A stretch of DNA of 58,389 nt from Dethiobacteria bacterium (GTDB lineage: Bacteria; Bacillota; Dethiobacteria; DTU022; UBA8154): contig JBMNNQ010000004.1 of assembly GCA_050942615.1 (NCBI GenBank), forward strand, positions 1 through 58,389. The letters are read 5' to 3'. The notes below the pieces were generated by a model. That model searched no databases. It worked only from the letters and a program-made list of their open reading frames with translations, and was not told where the DNA came from. The first letter of the stretch is position 1. The number at the start of each line of letters is the position of its first letter. Below, one piece after another: positions 18,783 to 28,644 of the stretch. A program made the position numbers and the translations under genes.

Positions 18783-20573
18783 TTATTTTGCCTTTTCTTT
18801 TTTATTTTCCCTCTTAACCGGCAAAATATGCAGTTCTTTCAACTGTCCGGCAGTAACCTGTGCCGGGGCCCCGGTTAGCAAACAGGTGCCGGCGGCAGTT
18901 TTGGGAAAGGGGATTACGTCCCGGATACTTTTCTTGCCTGCCATGAGCATGACTAAACGATCCAGACCAAAAGCAATGCCCCCATGGGGGGGGAGGCCAT
19001 ATTGAAAGGCTTGCAGGAAAAACCCGAATTTTTCCTGTATTTCCTCTGCCTGCAGACTTAAAATCTGAAAGATTTTTTCCTGAAGTTCCTTTTTATAAAT
19101 ACGCACACTTCCCCCGGCAACTTCGACGCCGTTATAAACCAAATCATAAGCCTGTGAACGGACCTTTGCAGGATCTTCATTTAACAAAGGCAGATCTTCA
19201 TCCAAAGGAGCTGTAAAGGGGTGGTGGTTGGCCATATATCTTTTTTCTGCATTATCATAAGCCACCAAGGGAAAATCTATAACCCAGAGAAAGTGATCTT
19301 TGTCCTTGGGAACCAGTTCTAGGCGTTGGGCCAAATAAACCCTCAGTTGACCCAAAACCTTGAGGGCTGGTTCCCTTTGATCGGCTACAAACAGCAGCAA
19401 GTCCCCCGGTTCCCCCTGCATTTGTTTTTTAATTTCTGCAAACTGTGGGGGGGCAAAAAATTTCTTCAGCGGCGTTTTAAACCCGTTTTCCGTGGGTATC
19501 ATCCAGGCCAGGCCACCTGTCCCCCAGGATTGAACCAGCCGGGTCAAGTCGTCAATTTCTTTGCGACTGAAATGCCCGCAGCCCTTGGCATTCAAACCCT
19601 TAACCACACCACTTTTAGCAATGATCCCCCGGAAGACTTTAAACTCTGATTCCCCCGCTATTTTTGTAATATCGACAATTTCCATGTCAAAGCGGGTGTC
19701 CGGTTTATCGCTGCCAAAACGTTCCATGGCCTCTGCATAAGGCAGCACTTTGAAGGGAATCTCCACTTCTTTCTGCATTGTTTCCCTAAAAATATGTTGG
19801 ACCAGGCCTTCTGTTACCTGCCGGATGTCCCCGCCGGTACAAAATGATAGTTCAAGATCTATCTGGGTAAATTCCGGCTGGCGATCAGCCCTCAGATCCT
19901 CATCCCGGAAACAACGGGCAACCTGAAAATATTTGTCCACCCCGGAAGCCATCAACAGCTGCTTAAACAATTGGGGAGACTGTGGCAAAGCATAAAAACT
20001 GCCGGGTACCGTACGGCTGGGCACCAGGTAGTCCCGGGCTCCCTCTGGTGTGCTGCGGGTCAACAGCGGTGTTTCAACCTCCCGGAAGCCCTGTTCGTCA
20101 AGGTATTGCCGCAAAGACATTAAAACCTTATGGCGTAACTGCAGGGAACGCTGCATTTCCGGGCGCCGCAGATCCAGGTAGCGGTATTTCAAGCGTAGGT
20201 TTTCATCAGTATCGATACCGTCTTCAATATAAAAGGGCGGCGTTTGGGATGAATTTAAAATTTCCAATTCCTGCACATCTATTTCTATTTCCCCTGTAGC
20301 CAAGCCGGGGTTAATCGTTTCTTCCGCACGGTGCCGGACCGGGCCCCGGACGGCCAAAACATATTCTGAACGCAGCTTTTCTGCCTCTTTAAAAAAAACG
20401 GCGCTTTGATCATAATCAAAAACTAGCTGTATAATACCGGAGTGATCCCTTAAATCAACAAAAATCAGCCCGCCATGATCCCTTTTGCCTTGCACCCAGC
20501 CGGCAAGCACTACCTCCCGGTTAACGTCGTTTTCGTTTAGCAAACCACAATAATGGGTTCTTTTCAGGCGCAT
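18783..20573 (-). CDS. aspS: Aspartate--tRNA ligase (probably non-discriminating)
   Basis: RTHYCG, RDHGGLIF, LPQSPQLFKQ, CFRDEDLRADRQPEFTQ, GAD insert, PPHGGIAFGLDR. Confidence 0.98.
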   Translation of the reverse strand: MRLKRTHYCGLLNENDVNREVVLAGWVQGKRDHGGLIFVDLRDHSGIIQLVFDYDQSAVFFKEAEKLRSEYVLAVRGPVRHRAEETINPGLATGEIEIDVQELEILNSSQTPPFYIEDGIDTDENLRLKYRYLDLRRPEMQRSLQLRHKVLMSLRQYLDEQGFREVETPLLTRSTPEGARDYLVPSRTVPGSFYALPQSPQLFKQLLMASGVDKYFQVARCFRDEDLRADRQPEFTQIDLELSFCTGGDIRQVTEGLVQHIFRETMQKEVEIPFKVLPYAEAMERFGSDKPDTRFDMEIVDITKIAGESEFKVFRGIIAKSGVVKGLNAKGCGHFSRKEIDDLTRLVQSWGTGGLAWMIPTENGFKTPLKKFFAPPQFAEIKKQMQGEPGDLLLFVADQREPALKVLGQLRVYLAQRLELVPKDKDHFLWVIDFPLVAYDNAEKRYMANHHPFTAPLDEDLPLLNEDPAKVRSQAYDLVYNGVEVAGGSVRIYKKELQEKIFQILSLQAEEIQEKFGFFLQAFQYGLPPHGGIAFGLDRLVMLMAGKKSIRDVIPFPKTAAGTCLLTGAPAQVTAGQLKELHILPVKRENKKEKAK

Positions 20574-20634
20574 AGTTTTAGTACAGCCCTTCCAGGCTGT
20601 TTACCCCCTTCCAGCAAGCCGGCAACTTCTTTGC

Positions 20635-21885
20635 TCAGGACTTGAAATATTTTAACAGTTCTGCCGGAGACAATTCCTGCTGTTCCCTTAGCAGCAGGTC
20701 CCGCAGTTTAAATTTTTTATTAAGCCTTTCTTCTTCCCCTAAAATAACCACATAGCGAAAACCCTGGCGGTGGGCATATTTCATTTGTGCTTTCAAACTG
20801 CGGTCAAGGTAATCTGTTTCTGCTTTTAAACCCAGGGCCCGCAGCCGGTAAAGCAGGGTTAAACCCTTCTCCCGCAATTCAGGGTCGTCGATCGCCAAAT
20901 AAATCCCGTCAGGGGGATCTTCCACCGGCCATAAATTTTCTTTTTCCATAGCCAGCAAGATCCTTTCCACCCCGGCAGCCATCCCTACACCGGGAACGTA
21001 GGGCCCCCCACAACTCTCCACAAGGTGATCATAGCGCCCTCCGCCCACAAGTGAATTCTGTGTATCCAGGGCGTCAAAAACAAATTCAAAAGCCGTTTTC
21101 GTGTAATAATCGAGTCCCCGTACAAGGAAGGGATCTACCTTATAAGGAATCTGCAACGCCTGCAGAAGTTTTAATACAGTTTCAAAGCTTTCACGGCAGG
21201 AGGGGCAAAGAAATGAATCCAGCCCCGGTGCGTCCTGCATGGCCTGCCGGCAACTTAAAACCTTGCAGTCCAAAAGGCGCAAGGGGTTGGTCAGCATTCT
21301 TTGCCGACAGTCCGGGCACAATGAAGATTCTTTTTCCTGAGCAAAGCTCCTGAGATGATCCTGAAAAGGGGGCCGGCACTGTGGACACCCCACGCTGTTG
21401 ATCAGCAAGGTTAAATTTTCAAAACCCAATTTTGCAAACAAATCTGCAGTAAATTTGATGATTTCGACATCTGCAGCCGGATCCTCTGTGCCAAAGGTTT
21501 CAATGCCCATCTGGTAAAACTGCCTCTGCCTGCCAGCCTGGGGCCGATCATAGCGAAACATGGGGCCAAAATAAAAAAACTTCAGGGGCTGGGCACGGTG
21601 GTTTAAACCATGCTCCAGGTAGGCCCGTGTCACACCGGCTGTTCCTTCCGGCCTGAGGGCCAGTTCCCGGCCCCCGCGATCCTTAAAAACGTACATTTCT
21701 TTTTTAATAATATCGCTTGCTTCCCCTACACTGCGCACAAAAAGCTCCGACTCTTCAAAAATCGGGGTGCGAATTTCCGTGAAATTGTAATTAAAACACA
21801 TTTCCCGGAATGCTTCCTCTAAATATTGCCATTTTACTGCTTCCTGCAGTAGAATATCATGGGTCCCTCGCGGCGCTTTTTTCAT
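20635..21885 (-). CDS. hisS: Histidine--tRNA ligase
   Basis: PRGTHD, LRPEGTA, FRYDRPQAGRQRQF, LVRGLDYY, GGGRYD; start ATG 21885 after AAGGGG. Confidence 0.98.
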   Translation of the reverse strand: MKKAPRGTHDILLQEAVKWQYLEEAFREMCFNYNFTEIRTPIFEESELFVRSVGEASDIIKKEMYVFKDRGGRELALRPEGTAGVTRAYLEHGLNHRAQPLKFFYFGPMFRYDRPQAGRQRQFYQMGIETFGTEDPAADVEIIKFTADLFAKLGFENLTLLINSVGCPQCRPPFQDHLRSFAQEKESSLCPDCRQRMLTNPLRLLDCKVLSCRQAMQDAPGLDSFLCPSCRESFETVLKLLQALQIPYKVDPFLVRGLDYYTKTAFEFVFDALDTQNSLVGGGRYDHLVESCGGPYVPGVGMAAGVERILLAMEKENLWPVEDPPDGIYLAIDDPELREKGLTLLYRLRALGLKAETDYLDRSLKAQMKYAHRQGFRYVVILGEEERLNKKFKLRDLLLREQQELSPAELLKYFKS

Positions 21886-21941
21886 TAACCACACCCCTTT
21901 GAAACTCTTCCCAAAATATAATTAAGACCTGATACACATTG

Positions 21942-21970
21942 ATTTTAGCCAATGGCGGGGGCCTTGTCAA
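21942..21970 (-). promoter_or_regulatory. Sigma-A promoter of hisS-aspS
   Basis: Minus strand TTGACA-N17-TAAAAT. Confidence 0.7.
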
Positions 21971-22016
21971 CTTCGCCGCCCGTGTCGAACCGACCGGGGG
22001 AATTCCCAGCCAGGAC

Positions 22017-22466
22017 TTAAAAAAGCTTTCTGCTGTCCAGCAGGATGGTGACCGGGCCTTCGTTTTCAATTTTCACCTGCATCCTGGCCTGAAATTTACC
22101 GCGGGCCACCGGCAAGCCCTTGTCTGATAAAAATTTGCAAAGCAGATCATAAAAATAGGCCGCCTTTTCAGGTGCAGCCGCCTGCTTAAAACTGGGACGC
22201 CGCCCCTTGCGGCAGTCCCCATAAAGTGTAAATTGTGATATACAGAGCACTGCGCCCCCTGCTTCTGGCAGGGAAAGGTTCATTTTGCCCTGTTCATCCT
22301 CAAAAATACGCAACCCGGCAATTTTTTCTGCAAGGTAGCGGCAGTCGTTTTCTGTATCGTCCGCCGCTATACCAACAAAAACGACCAGCCCGCCGGCGAT
22401 TTCCCCCACAACGCTCCCCTCAACTTCTACCGCAGCCCAACCTGTTCTTTGCACAACAGCACGCAA
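22017..22466 (-). CDS. dtd: D-aminoacyl-tRNA deacylase
   Basis: MRAVVQR, LRIFED, SQFTL, GRRPSF, NEGPVT. Confidence 0.97.
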   Translation of the reverse strand: MRAVVQRTGWAAVEVEGSVVGEIAGGLVVFVGIAADDTENDCRYLAEKIAGLRIFEDEQGKMNLSLPEAGGAVLCISQFTLYGDCRKGRRPSFKQAAAPEKAAYFYDLLCKFLSDKGLPVARGKFQARMQVKIENEGPVTILLDSRKLF

Positions 22467-22488
22467 TTTTTACCAACACCCTTAACCT

Positions 22489-24684
22489 TTATGGTGTATT
22501 GACCTGCGGAGCCGGGGATGAACCCGTCTCCACATGGCGTTTCACGGAAAAAACATCCTTGACTTTTTTTATCCGCTTCATGATATATTCCAGATGATCC
22601 AGATCCTTGACGACCAAGGTTAAATTAATGACAGCCGTTTTATCCCTGGCAATCCGCCCGTTTACGGCTGTAATATTAACCTTGCTTTCACTGATAGTAT
22701 GCATGACCTCTGTCAGAAAGTTGGGACGGTCCATACCGGCCACCTCAATTTCCACCGGGTAGGATAAGCCGTTGTTGACCACCCAGGAAACCTCCAGGTA
22801 ACGATCTTCTTTTTTTGTAGCCCGTAAAATATTGGGGCAATCCTTGCGGTGTACAGAAATACCCCGGCCTCTGGTGATAAAACCGATAATTTTGTCACCC
22901 GGCAACGGGTTGCAACATTTTGAAAAGCGTACCAGCAAATTGTCGATACCCTGTACCTTTACGCCCTGGGTAACCTTGCCGGCACCCTTCCAGGGTTTAA
23001 TTTCTACAGAAGGCAACGGTTTTTTTTCTTCGCCGTATTTTTTGCGGTATTCTTCCCGCAACCTGGTAACAACCTGTTGCGGCGAAACACCCCCGTAACC
23101 GACAGCCGCATAGACATCATCGGCAGAAAGAAAATTGTACCTTACACCAACGTCCTCTAAAAGAGGTTCTTTCAGTAATAAACAGGGTTCCAAGCGCAGC
23201 CTGCCAATTTCTTTTTCCAGTAGATCCCTGCCCTTGGTAATATTTTCTTCGCGCCTTTCTTTTTTAAACCAGTTGCGAATTTTGCTTTTTGCCTGAGAGG
23301 TCATCACTATTTTTGACCAGTCCCGGCTGGGGGTGCCCCCTTTACTGGTAATAACTTCTACTATATCCCCGGTCTGCAGCTTGTATTCCAAAGGGACAAT
23401 CCGCCCGTTAATCCGGGCCCCGACACATTGGTTACCGATATCCGTGTGAATGCGGTAGGCAAAATCCAGGGGTACGGCCCCGGAAGGCAGATCGATCACA
23501 TCACCGCGCGGGGTAAAAACAAAGACTTCATCGGCAAAAAGATCTATTTTCAGGTGTTCCATAAATTCATGGGCATCTTTCAGTTCCTGCTGCCATTCCA
23601 GCAACTGCCGCAGCCAGGAAAGCTTTTCTTCGAATTCCCGGTCATCCCTTGCTTTTTCCTTATACTTCCAGTGGGCTGCAATCCCGTATTCCGCCGTGCG
23701 GTGCATTTCCCTGGTTCGGATTTGTGCTTCCAAAAGCTCATTTTCAGCACAAACTACAGTGGTATGCAAAGACTGGTACATATTTGATTTGGGCATGGCA
23801 ATATAATCGTTGAAATGCCCCGGAATAGGCCGCCAAAGGGTATGCACAATTCCCAGAGCCGCATAACAGTCCCTGATGCTATCTACAATGATACGTACCG
23901 CAGTTAGATCATATATTTCGTTAAAATCCTTGTCCTGGCTCTTCATTTTGTTATAAATACTGTAAATATGCTTGGGACGGCCGTTAATTTCAGCAGTTAT
24001 TCCAGCCTCTGAAATTTTTTCCTGCAAAATAGTGATTACTTCAGATATGAAGTTTTCCCTTTCACGGCGTTTTTTAGAAAGCCGGTCTGCTAAATGGTAA
24101 TATTCTTCTTCATTTAAATAACGGAAAGCCAAGTCTTCAATTTCCCACTTTATTTTATAGATTCCCAAACGGTGTGCCAAAGGGGCATAAATTTCCAGGG
24201 TTTCACGGGATATTTCTTTTTGTTTGGCAGGATGCAGGTAGCGGAGTGTCCGCATATTATGTGTCCGATCAGCCAACTTAATGAGAATAACCCTGATATC
24301 CCGCGCCATGGCCACCAGCATTTTACGCCATGTTTCGGCCTGATGTTCTTCCTTGGATCGAAACTCCATCCGGCTTAATTTAGTGACCCCATCAACCAGG
24401 GAGGCCACCTCTTCGCCAAATACTTTTTCGACCTGTTCGTAACCGTAGGGTGTATCTTCAACGACATCATGCAGCAAGGCAGCCACAATCGTGATCAAAT
24501 CCAGCTCCAGATCAGCCAGTATATAGGCCACCCCCAAGGGATGGGTAATATAAGGTTCACCGGAAATCCTTTTTTGATCGGCATGTGCCTTCACAGCAAA
24601 ATGATACGCCTTGCTGATCAGATCCCAGTTTTCTTTTTTATTATTATACTGTTTAAACCGTTTTTTCAGTGCCTGCAGGCTCAT
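22489..24684 (-). CDS. relA: Bifunctional (p)ppGpp synthetase/hydrolase Rel
   Basis: HD hydrolase (LLHDVVED), synthetase (YQSLHT, EAQIRT), TGS, zinc finger (KCCNP...HRKDC), ACT. Confidence 0.98.
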   Translation of the reverse strand: MSLQALKKRFKQYNNKKENWDLISKAYHFAVKAHADQKRISGEPYITHPLGVAYILADLELDLITIVAALLHDVVEDTPYGYEQVEKVFGEEVASLVDGVTKLSRMEFRSKEEHQAETWRKMLVAMARDIRVILIKLADRTHNMRTLRYLHPAKQKEISRETLEIYAPLAHRLGIYKIKWEIEDLAFRYLNEEEYYHLADRLSKKRRERENFISEVITILQEKISEAGITAEINGRPKHIYSIYNKMKSQDKDFNEIYDLTAVRIIVDSIRDCYAALGIVHTLWRPIPGHFNDYIAMPKSNMYQSLHTTVVCAENELLEAQIRTREMHRTAEYGIAAHWKYKEKARDDREFEEKLSWLRQLLEWQQELKDAHEFMEHLKIDLFADEVFVFTPRGDVIDLPSGAVPLDFAYRIHTDIGNQCVGARINGRIVPLEYKLQTGDIVEVITSKGGTPSRDWSKIVMTSQAKSKIRNWFKKERREENITKGRDLLEKEIGRLRLEPCLLLKEPLLEDVGVRYNFLSADDVYAAVGYGGVSPQQVVTRLREEYRKKYGEEKKPLPSVEIKPWKGAGKVTQGVKVQGIDNLLVRFSKCCNPLPGDKIIGFITRGRGISVHRKDCPNILRATKKEDRYLEVSWVVNNGLSYPVEIEVAGMDRPNFLTEVMHTISESKVNITAVNGRIARDKTAVINLTLVVKDLDHLEYIMKRIKKVKDVFSVKRHVETGSSPAPQVNTP

Positions 24685-24726
24685 TTTTCACCCCTGCTTA
24701 ATTTTACCTCTTTCTTTTAGTATAAG

Positions 24727-27219
24727 TTATGTCCCGCCGAGAGTAAAGTCACTAAATAAATTTAGTATTTTTTTTCCCGCAGCTGCCAATAAAAAAGACT
24801 GCCAGGCAAGGGTTTTTTTCCACTTGTCCTTTTCCAGGCGCAGGGTTTTAGTTGCAGCTAGATCCTTGAGTAAACTGCAGTAATCATGAACAAGGTGTTG
24901 AAAACTAATTTGCTGCCCATTTGACACCAAATATTGTGCTTCTGCAAAAATATCCATACTTTTTTTTAAGAGATGCCTGGTGGCTGGAAAGGGAAGTGTT
25001 TTTTGCAGTTGATAAAATATTTTTTCCGAGGTAAGGTGTGTACCTGTTTTTGTAATTTTTTGCAGGTGATAATAAATCTGTTCCAAGACACAGGCATGGG
25101 GTACGGTTGCCCCCAGCAATTTCAAGTTTTCCCGGTAATCCCTCTGACTATATAGCAAATGAACCTGCAGTTCCTTTCCTGCCCTGCCTGTTTCGGTAAG
25201 CTGAAGCAGCAGTTCCTTTAATTTTTCTTCATTCAAAGGCAGGTCGTAGAGCATCAGCCGGTGGGGTATTTTAGCAGGCGGCCCTTCCGCCGCCCAGGCC
25301 CCCTGATGGCTGAAGGATATTCCCGGCATACCGCTAAAATACTTTTTTAGTTGCTGCCGGCGTCCGGCAGTATTCACAAAAACAAGGATCCCCTGCTCCT
25401 GCTTACATAATTCCCTGATATAAAGGGCTTTCTTTTTCAGACCCCGGCGATCAACTACTGTTAAGGAACTTTTTCCTATGTATTGATCGGCATATACACA
25501 ATCTAAAACCTCCAGCTGCAGGGCGTTGTTTCCCTTCCAAAGATCAAAAGAAACACTGAAAGCCAGGTCTATTTCCCGCTGGGGGGCCAAGGGTGGCAGT
25601 CTGGTTTTACCGTTAAAGCTGATCCCTGCAAAAGATTTGCCTTTTTTTTGCACGCCCAGCTGCAGGTGCTGCCCGTTTTTACCCACACCCCTTATTTTTT
25701 CCAGCAGCCATTTTTCTCCCCAGAAAAGAGGGGGGGGATTGCCATGTCCAAAGGGTTCGAGCAGTTGCAACGCAGTAGCCAGGGCGGGGGTAATTTCTCC
25801 CGGTTCCAGCCGGGCATCAAGGCTCAAGGTTGATACAGGGCCCTGTTCACCAAAAAAATTCAAGGCTAGGTCGTCCAGTTTTTCCCGCAAGGCGGGAATA
25901 CATTCCCCGGCAACTGTTAAACCGGCAGCCTGGCGGTGGCCCCCAAACCCTAGCAGCAGAGTGCTGCAATCTTTTAAAGCCGCAGCCAAATCAAAGTCAC
26001 CGCAGCTTCTGCCGGATCCCTGGCCGATCCCTTCTTCAAGGGCCATCAGGATAACCGGCCGGTTAAAACGCTCGACCATGCGGCTGGCAACAATCCCCAA
26101 AACGCCGGGATGCCAGTTTTTTTCTGCTAAAAGCAGGAAACTACGCCCCACTTTTTCCGGAGGGCTTTCTACAGCCAGAGAATAGGCTTCCTTAAAAATT
26201 TCCTGTTCCAGTTCCTGGCGACGGCTGTTCTCTGCCTGCAGTTCCCGGGCTGTTTGCAAAGCCTTTTCCTCTTTTTCTTCCATCAGCAGGTATAAGGCCC
26301 GCTTGGCATCACCCATCCGCCCGGCTGCATTGAGACGAGGCGCGATGATAAAGGCTATCTCCTCCGCTGTCAGTTTATCATTCCTTACACCGGCCGCCGT
26401 GCGCAAAGCCCGCAGCCCGGGGCGTAATAATTTTGCCATTTGCTGCAGGCCATAGACCACCAGCACCCGGTTTTCATCGCGTAAAGGCACGACATCGGCT
26501 ACTGTTCCCAAGGCTACCAAGTCAAGGTAATCCCAGATTATTGTTTCCCTCCCCACCCGGGAACAGAGGGCCTGACCCAACTTAAAGGCAATACCGGCCC
26601 CGCAAAGAGCTGTAAAGGGGTAGGCACAGTCCCTGCGCCAGGGATTAAGAACAGCACCGGCTGCCGGTAAAACTTCTCCGGGCTGGTGATGATCTGTCAC
26701 AATCACCTCCAGGCCCAAGCGGCGGGCATATTCAATTTCGTCAAGGTTAACAATGCCGCAGTCTACTGTGATCAGCAGGGACACGCCCCGGCTATGCAGA
26801 AGAGCAAGGGCGCTGCTATTTAAACCGTACCCTTCCTGCAGACGATCGGGAAGATAAAAGACGACATCGCCACCCAGCAACTGCAGCAGGGAAAATAATA
26901 AAGCCGTGGCGGTAATTCCGTCAACATCATAGTCACCATAAACAGCTATGCGTTCCCCCTGTTGGAGAGCCGCCAATATAATTTCAACGGCCCGTTCCAT
27001 ATCCTGCATTAAAAAGGGGGAATGAAGCTGTGTCAGGGCGGGGTATAAAAACGTTTTCCCCGCTTCGACACTGTTAATCCCCCGGTTAAGCAAAACCTGG
27101 GCCGCTGGCAGCGGTATCTTGAATTCCTGTGCCAATAAAGTGCATTTTTCCGATTCCTGGGGGAACAGCTGCCAGCTCCGGGCAGACAGTTGCTTTTCCC
27201 CGGTAATTTTTTTTAACAT
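24727..27219 (-). CDS. recJ: ssDNA-specific exonuclease RecJ with C-terminal extension
   Basis: YGDYDVDG, TVDCG, TDHH, GTVADV, PRLNAAGR, GGHRQAAG, LEPFGHGNP. Confidence 0.97.
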   Translation of the reverse strand: MLKKITGEKQLSARSWQLFPQESEKCTLLAQEFKIPLPAAQVLLNRGINSVEAGKTFLYPALTQLHSPFLMQDMERAVEIILAALQQGERIAVYGDYDVDGITATALLFSLLQLLGGDVVFYLPDRLQEGYGLNSSALALLHSRGVSLLITVDCGIVNLDEIEYARRLGLEVIVTDHHQPGEVLPAAGAVLNPWRRDCAYPFTALCGAGIAFKLGQALCSRVGRETIIWDYLDLVALGTVADVVPLRDENRVLVVYGLQQMAKLLRPGLRALRTAAGVRNDKLTAEEIAFIIAPRLNAAGRMGDAKRALYLLMEEKEEKALQTARELQAENSRRQELEQEIFKEAYSLAVESPPEKVGRSFLLLAEKNWHPGVLGIVASRMVERFNRPVILMALEEGIGQGSGRSCGDFDLAAALKDCSTLLLGFGGHRQAAGLTVAGECIPALREKLDDLALNFFGEQGPVSTLSLDARLEPGEITPALATALQLLEPFGHGNPPPLFWGEKWLLEKIRGVGKNGQHLQLGVQKKGKSFAGISFNGKTRLPPLAPQREIDLAFSVSFDLWKGNNALQLEVLDCVYADQYIGKSSLTVVDRRGLKKKALYIRELCKQEQGILVFVNTAGRRQQLKKYFSGMPGISFSHQGAWAAEGPPAKIPHRLMLYDLPLNEEKLKELLLQLTETGRAGKELQVHLLYSQRDYRENLKLLGATVPHACVLEQIYYHLQKITKTGTHLTSEKIFYQLQKTLPFPATRHLLKKSMDIFAEAQYLVSNGQQISFQHLVHDYCSLLKDLAATKTLRLEKDKWKKTLAWQSFLLAAAGKKILNLFSDFTLGGT

Positions 27220-27668
27220 TCCTTAGTTTCCCCAGCCTGCCGTTGCCTCTTTTTGGAATCGACATTCCCCCCGGAAAGAAAATGACCGCTCTCATCCGCC
27301 GCCCAAGGATCTGTTTCTTTCTGGCCGCCTTGGCTTTCCTGTTCCCCGGCGGCAGAAGTTTCCTGCAGTCGCCCAACCTGCGCCAGGAAGGTATCACGTT
27401 CCTTTTTGGTAATTTGTAACTTCTCCTGTAAATTTTTTATTTCCTGGTTTAAAGCACGTATTTGCAACTTGATCATAATATTTTTAAACAAACCAAAGAT
27501 AAAAACAGCCAATGCCCCCAGCACTGCCGAGCCCAAAATTACAAGCACAGCAGACGTCTCCACAACACCATAAAGGTAGTTAACCTCTACCGGTTGGCTG
27601 TTTGCCGAGGCAAAAACAGCAATAATCAGGCAAAGAACAAGCGCAAAAATGATGTTTAAACGGCCCAC
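27213..27668 (-). CDS. LapA (DUF1049) family membrane protein
   Basis: Two TM helices with FASANSQPVEVNYL, then a coiled coil. Confidence 0.8.
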   Translation of the reverse strand: MGRLNIIFALVLCLIIAVFASANSQPVEVNYLYGVVETSAVLVILGSAVLGALAVFIFGLFKNIMIKLQIRALNQEIKNLQEKLQITKKERDTFLAQVGRLQETSAAGEQESQGGQKETDPWAADESGHFLSGGNVDSKKRQRQAGETKEC

Positions 27669-27720
27669 TAAGGTTCACCCTTCCTGATAGTCGGCTTTTT
27701 TTTGTAGCTGCACTCGGCAG

Positions 27721-28644
27721 CTAAGCAAGGGTTTTTTGTCTTTTTTCAGCCGGTTGAAGGGAAAACCACAAAGGGCCGGCAATAAAGACAGAAGAACAGG
27801 TACCAATTACAACCCCCACCAGCAATGCCAAGGCAAAAGCCTTCAGATCCATGCCGCCCACAAAATAATTGAAAGCGATAAAAAGGGAAACGAGCACAAT
27901 CAGGGTGGTCAAAGAGGTGTTTAAAGAACGGATTAAACTATCATTAATGCTTCCGTTAACCACCTCTGCAAGGGGTTTTTTGCGGCTGTACCTTTTTAGG
28001 TTTTCCCGGATACGATCAAAAATTACGATGGTATCATTGATCGAATAACCGACAATTGTTAAAATCGCGGCAATAAAAGGGCTGTTGATCTCAATTTGAA
28101 ACAAGGAAAAAACCGTTAACACGGTAAAAATATCGAATAGCAAAGTTAAAATTGCAGCCACGGCAAACCTGAATTCAAAACGGAAGGTGATATAAAGAAT
28201 CATACCGGCTGCCGCCAGCAGCAGGGCATAGAAGGCTTCCCTGGTCAGCTCCCGGCCGATCGTAGCCCCCACGTTTTCAACCCGCAGGACATCTTCAGCA
28301 GTCATCTCCGGCCAACGTTCCTGAAAGGCGGCAATAACTTCTTTTCTGGTAGCCTCCTGCAGGTAGGGCGCCTTGATGACCACTTCCCTGCCCTCTGCAA
28401 AACCTTCACGCCCGACCCTTTGCAGGGGCACCCCGTCCAGACCAAAGGGAGAAAGAACTTCCTGCACCTCCTGCATCTGGTAGCCTGCCGCCAGACGCAA
28501 TTGCAAGATGGTCCCTTCCTTAAAATCGATCCCAGGATTCAAACTGTTTAAAGACAAGGAAATAATACCGGCAAGCACGATGATAGCAGCCAGCACGAAA
28601 GCCACACGCCGGTATTGCACGAAGGGAAAATTATACTGTTTCAT
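27721..28644 (-). CDS. secF: Protein translocase subunit SecF
   Basis: GIDFKEG, VGATIG, GYSINDTIVIFDRIREN, RSLNTS; start ATG 28644. Confidence 0.97.
   Translation of the reverse strand: MKQYNFPFVQYRRVAFVLAAIIVLAGIISLSLNSLNPGIDFKEGTILQLRLAAGYQMQEVQEVLSPFGLDGVPLQRVGREGFAEGREVVIKAPYLQEATRKEVIAAFQERWPEMTAEDVLRVENVGATIGRELTREAFYALLLAAAGMILYITFRFEFRFAVAAILTLLFDIFTVLTVFSLFQIEINSPFIAAILTIVGYSINDTIVIFDRIRENLKRYSRKKPLAEVVNGSINDSLIRSLNTSLTTLIVLVSLFIAFNYFVGGMDLKAFALALLVGVVIGTCSSVFIAGPLWFSLQPAEKRQKTLA

Noticed and set aside
18527-18817. 96-aa plus-strand ORF
   Set aside because: Overlaps the 6S RNA and its promoter; low-information sequence
21895-22016. T-box leader for hisS-aspS
   Set aside because: No GGTGGNACCGCG T-box motif, and the promoter is too close to the start
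24685-24726. apt gene expected between recJ and rel
   Set aside because: Only 42 bp with no remnant; an ordinary synteny difference
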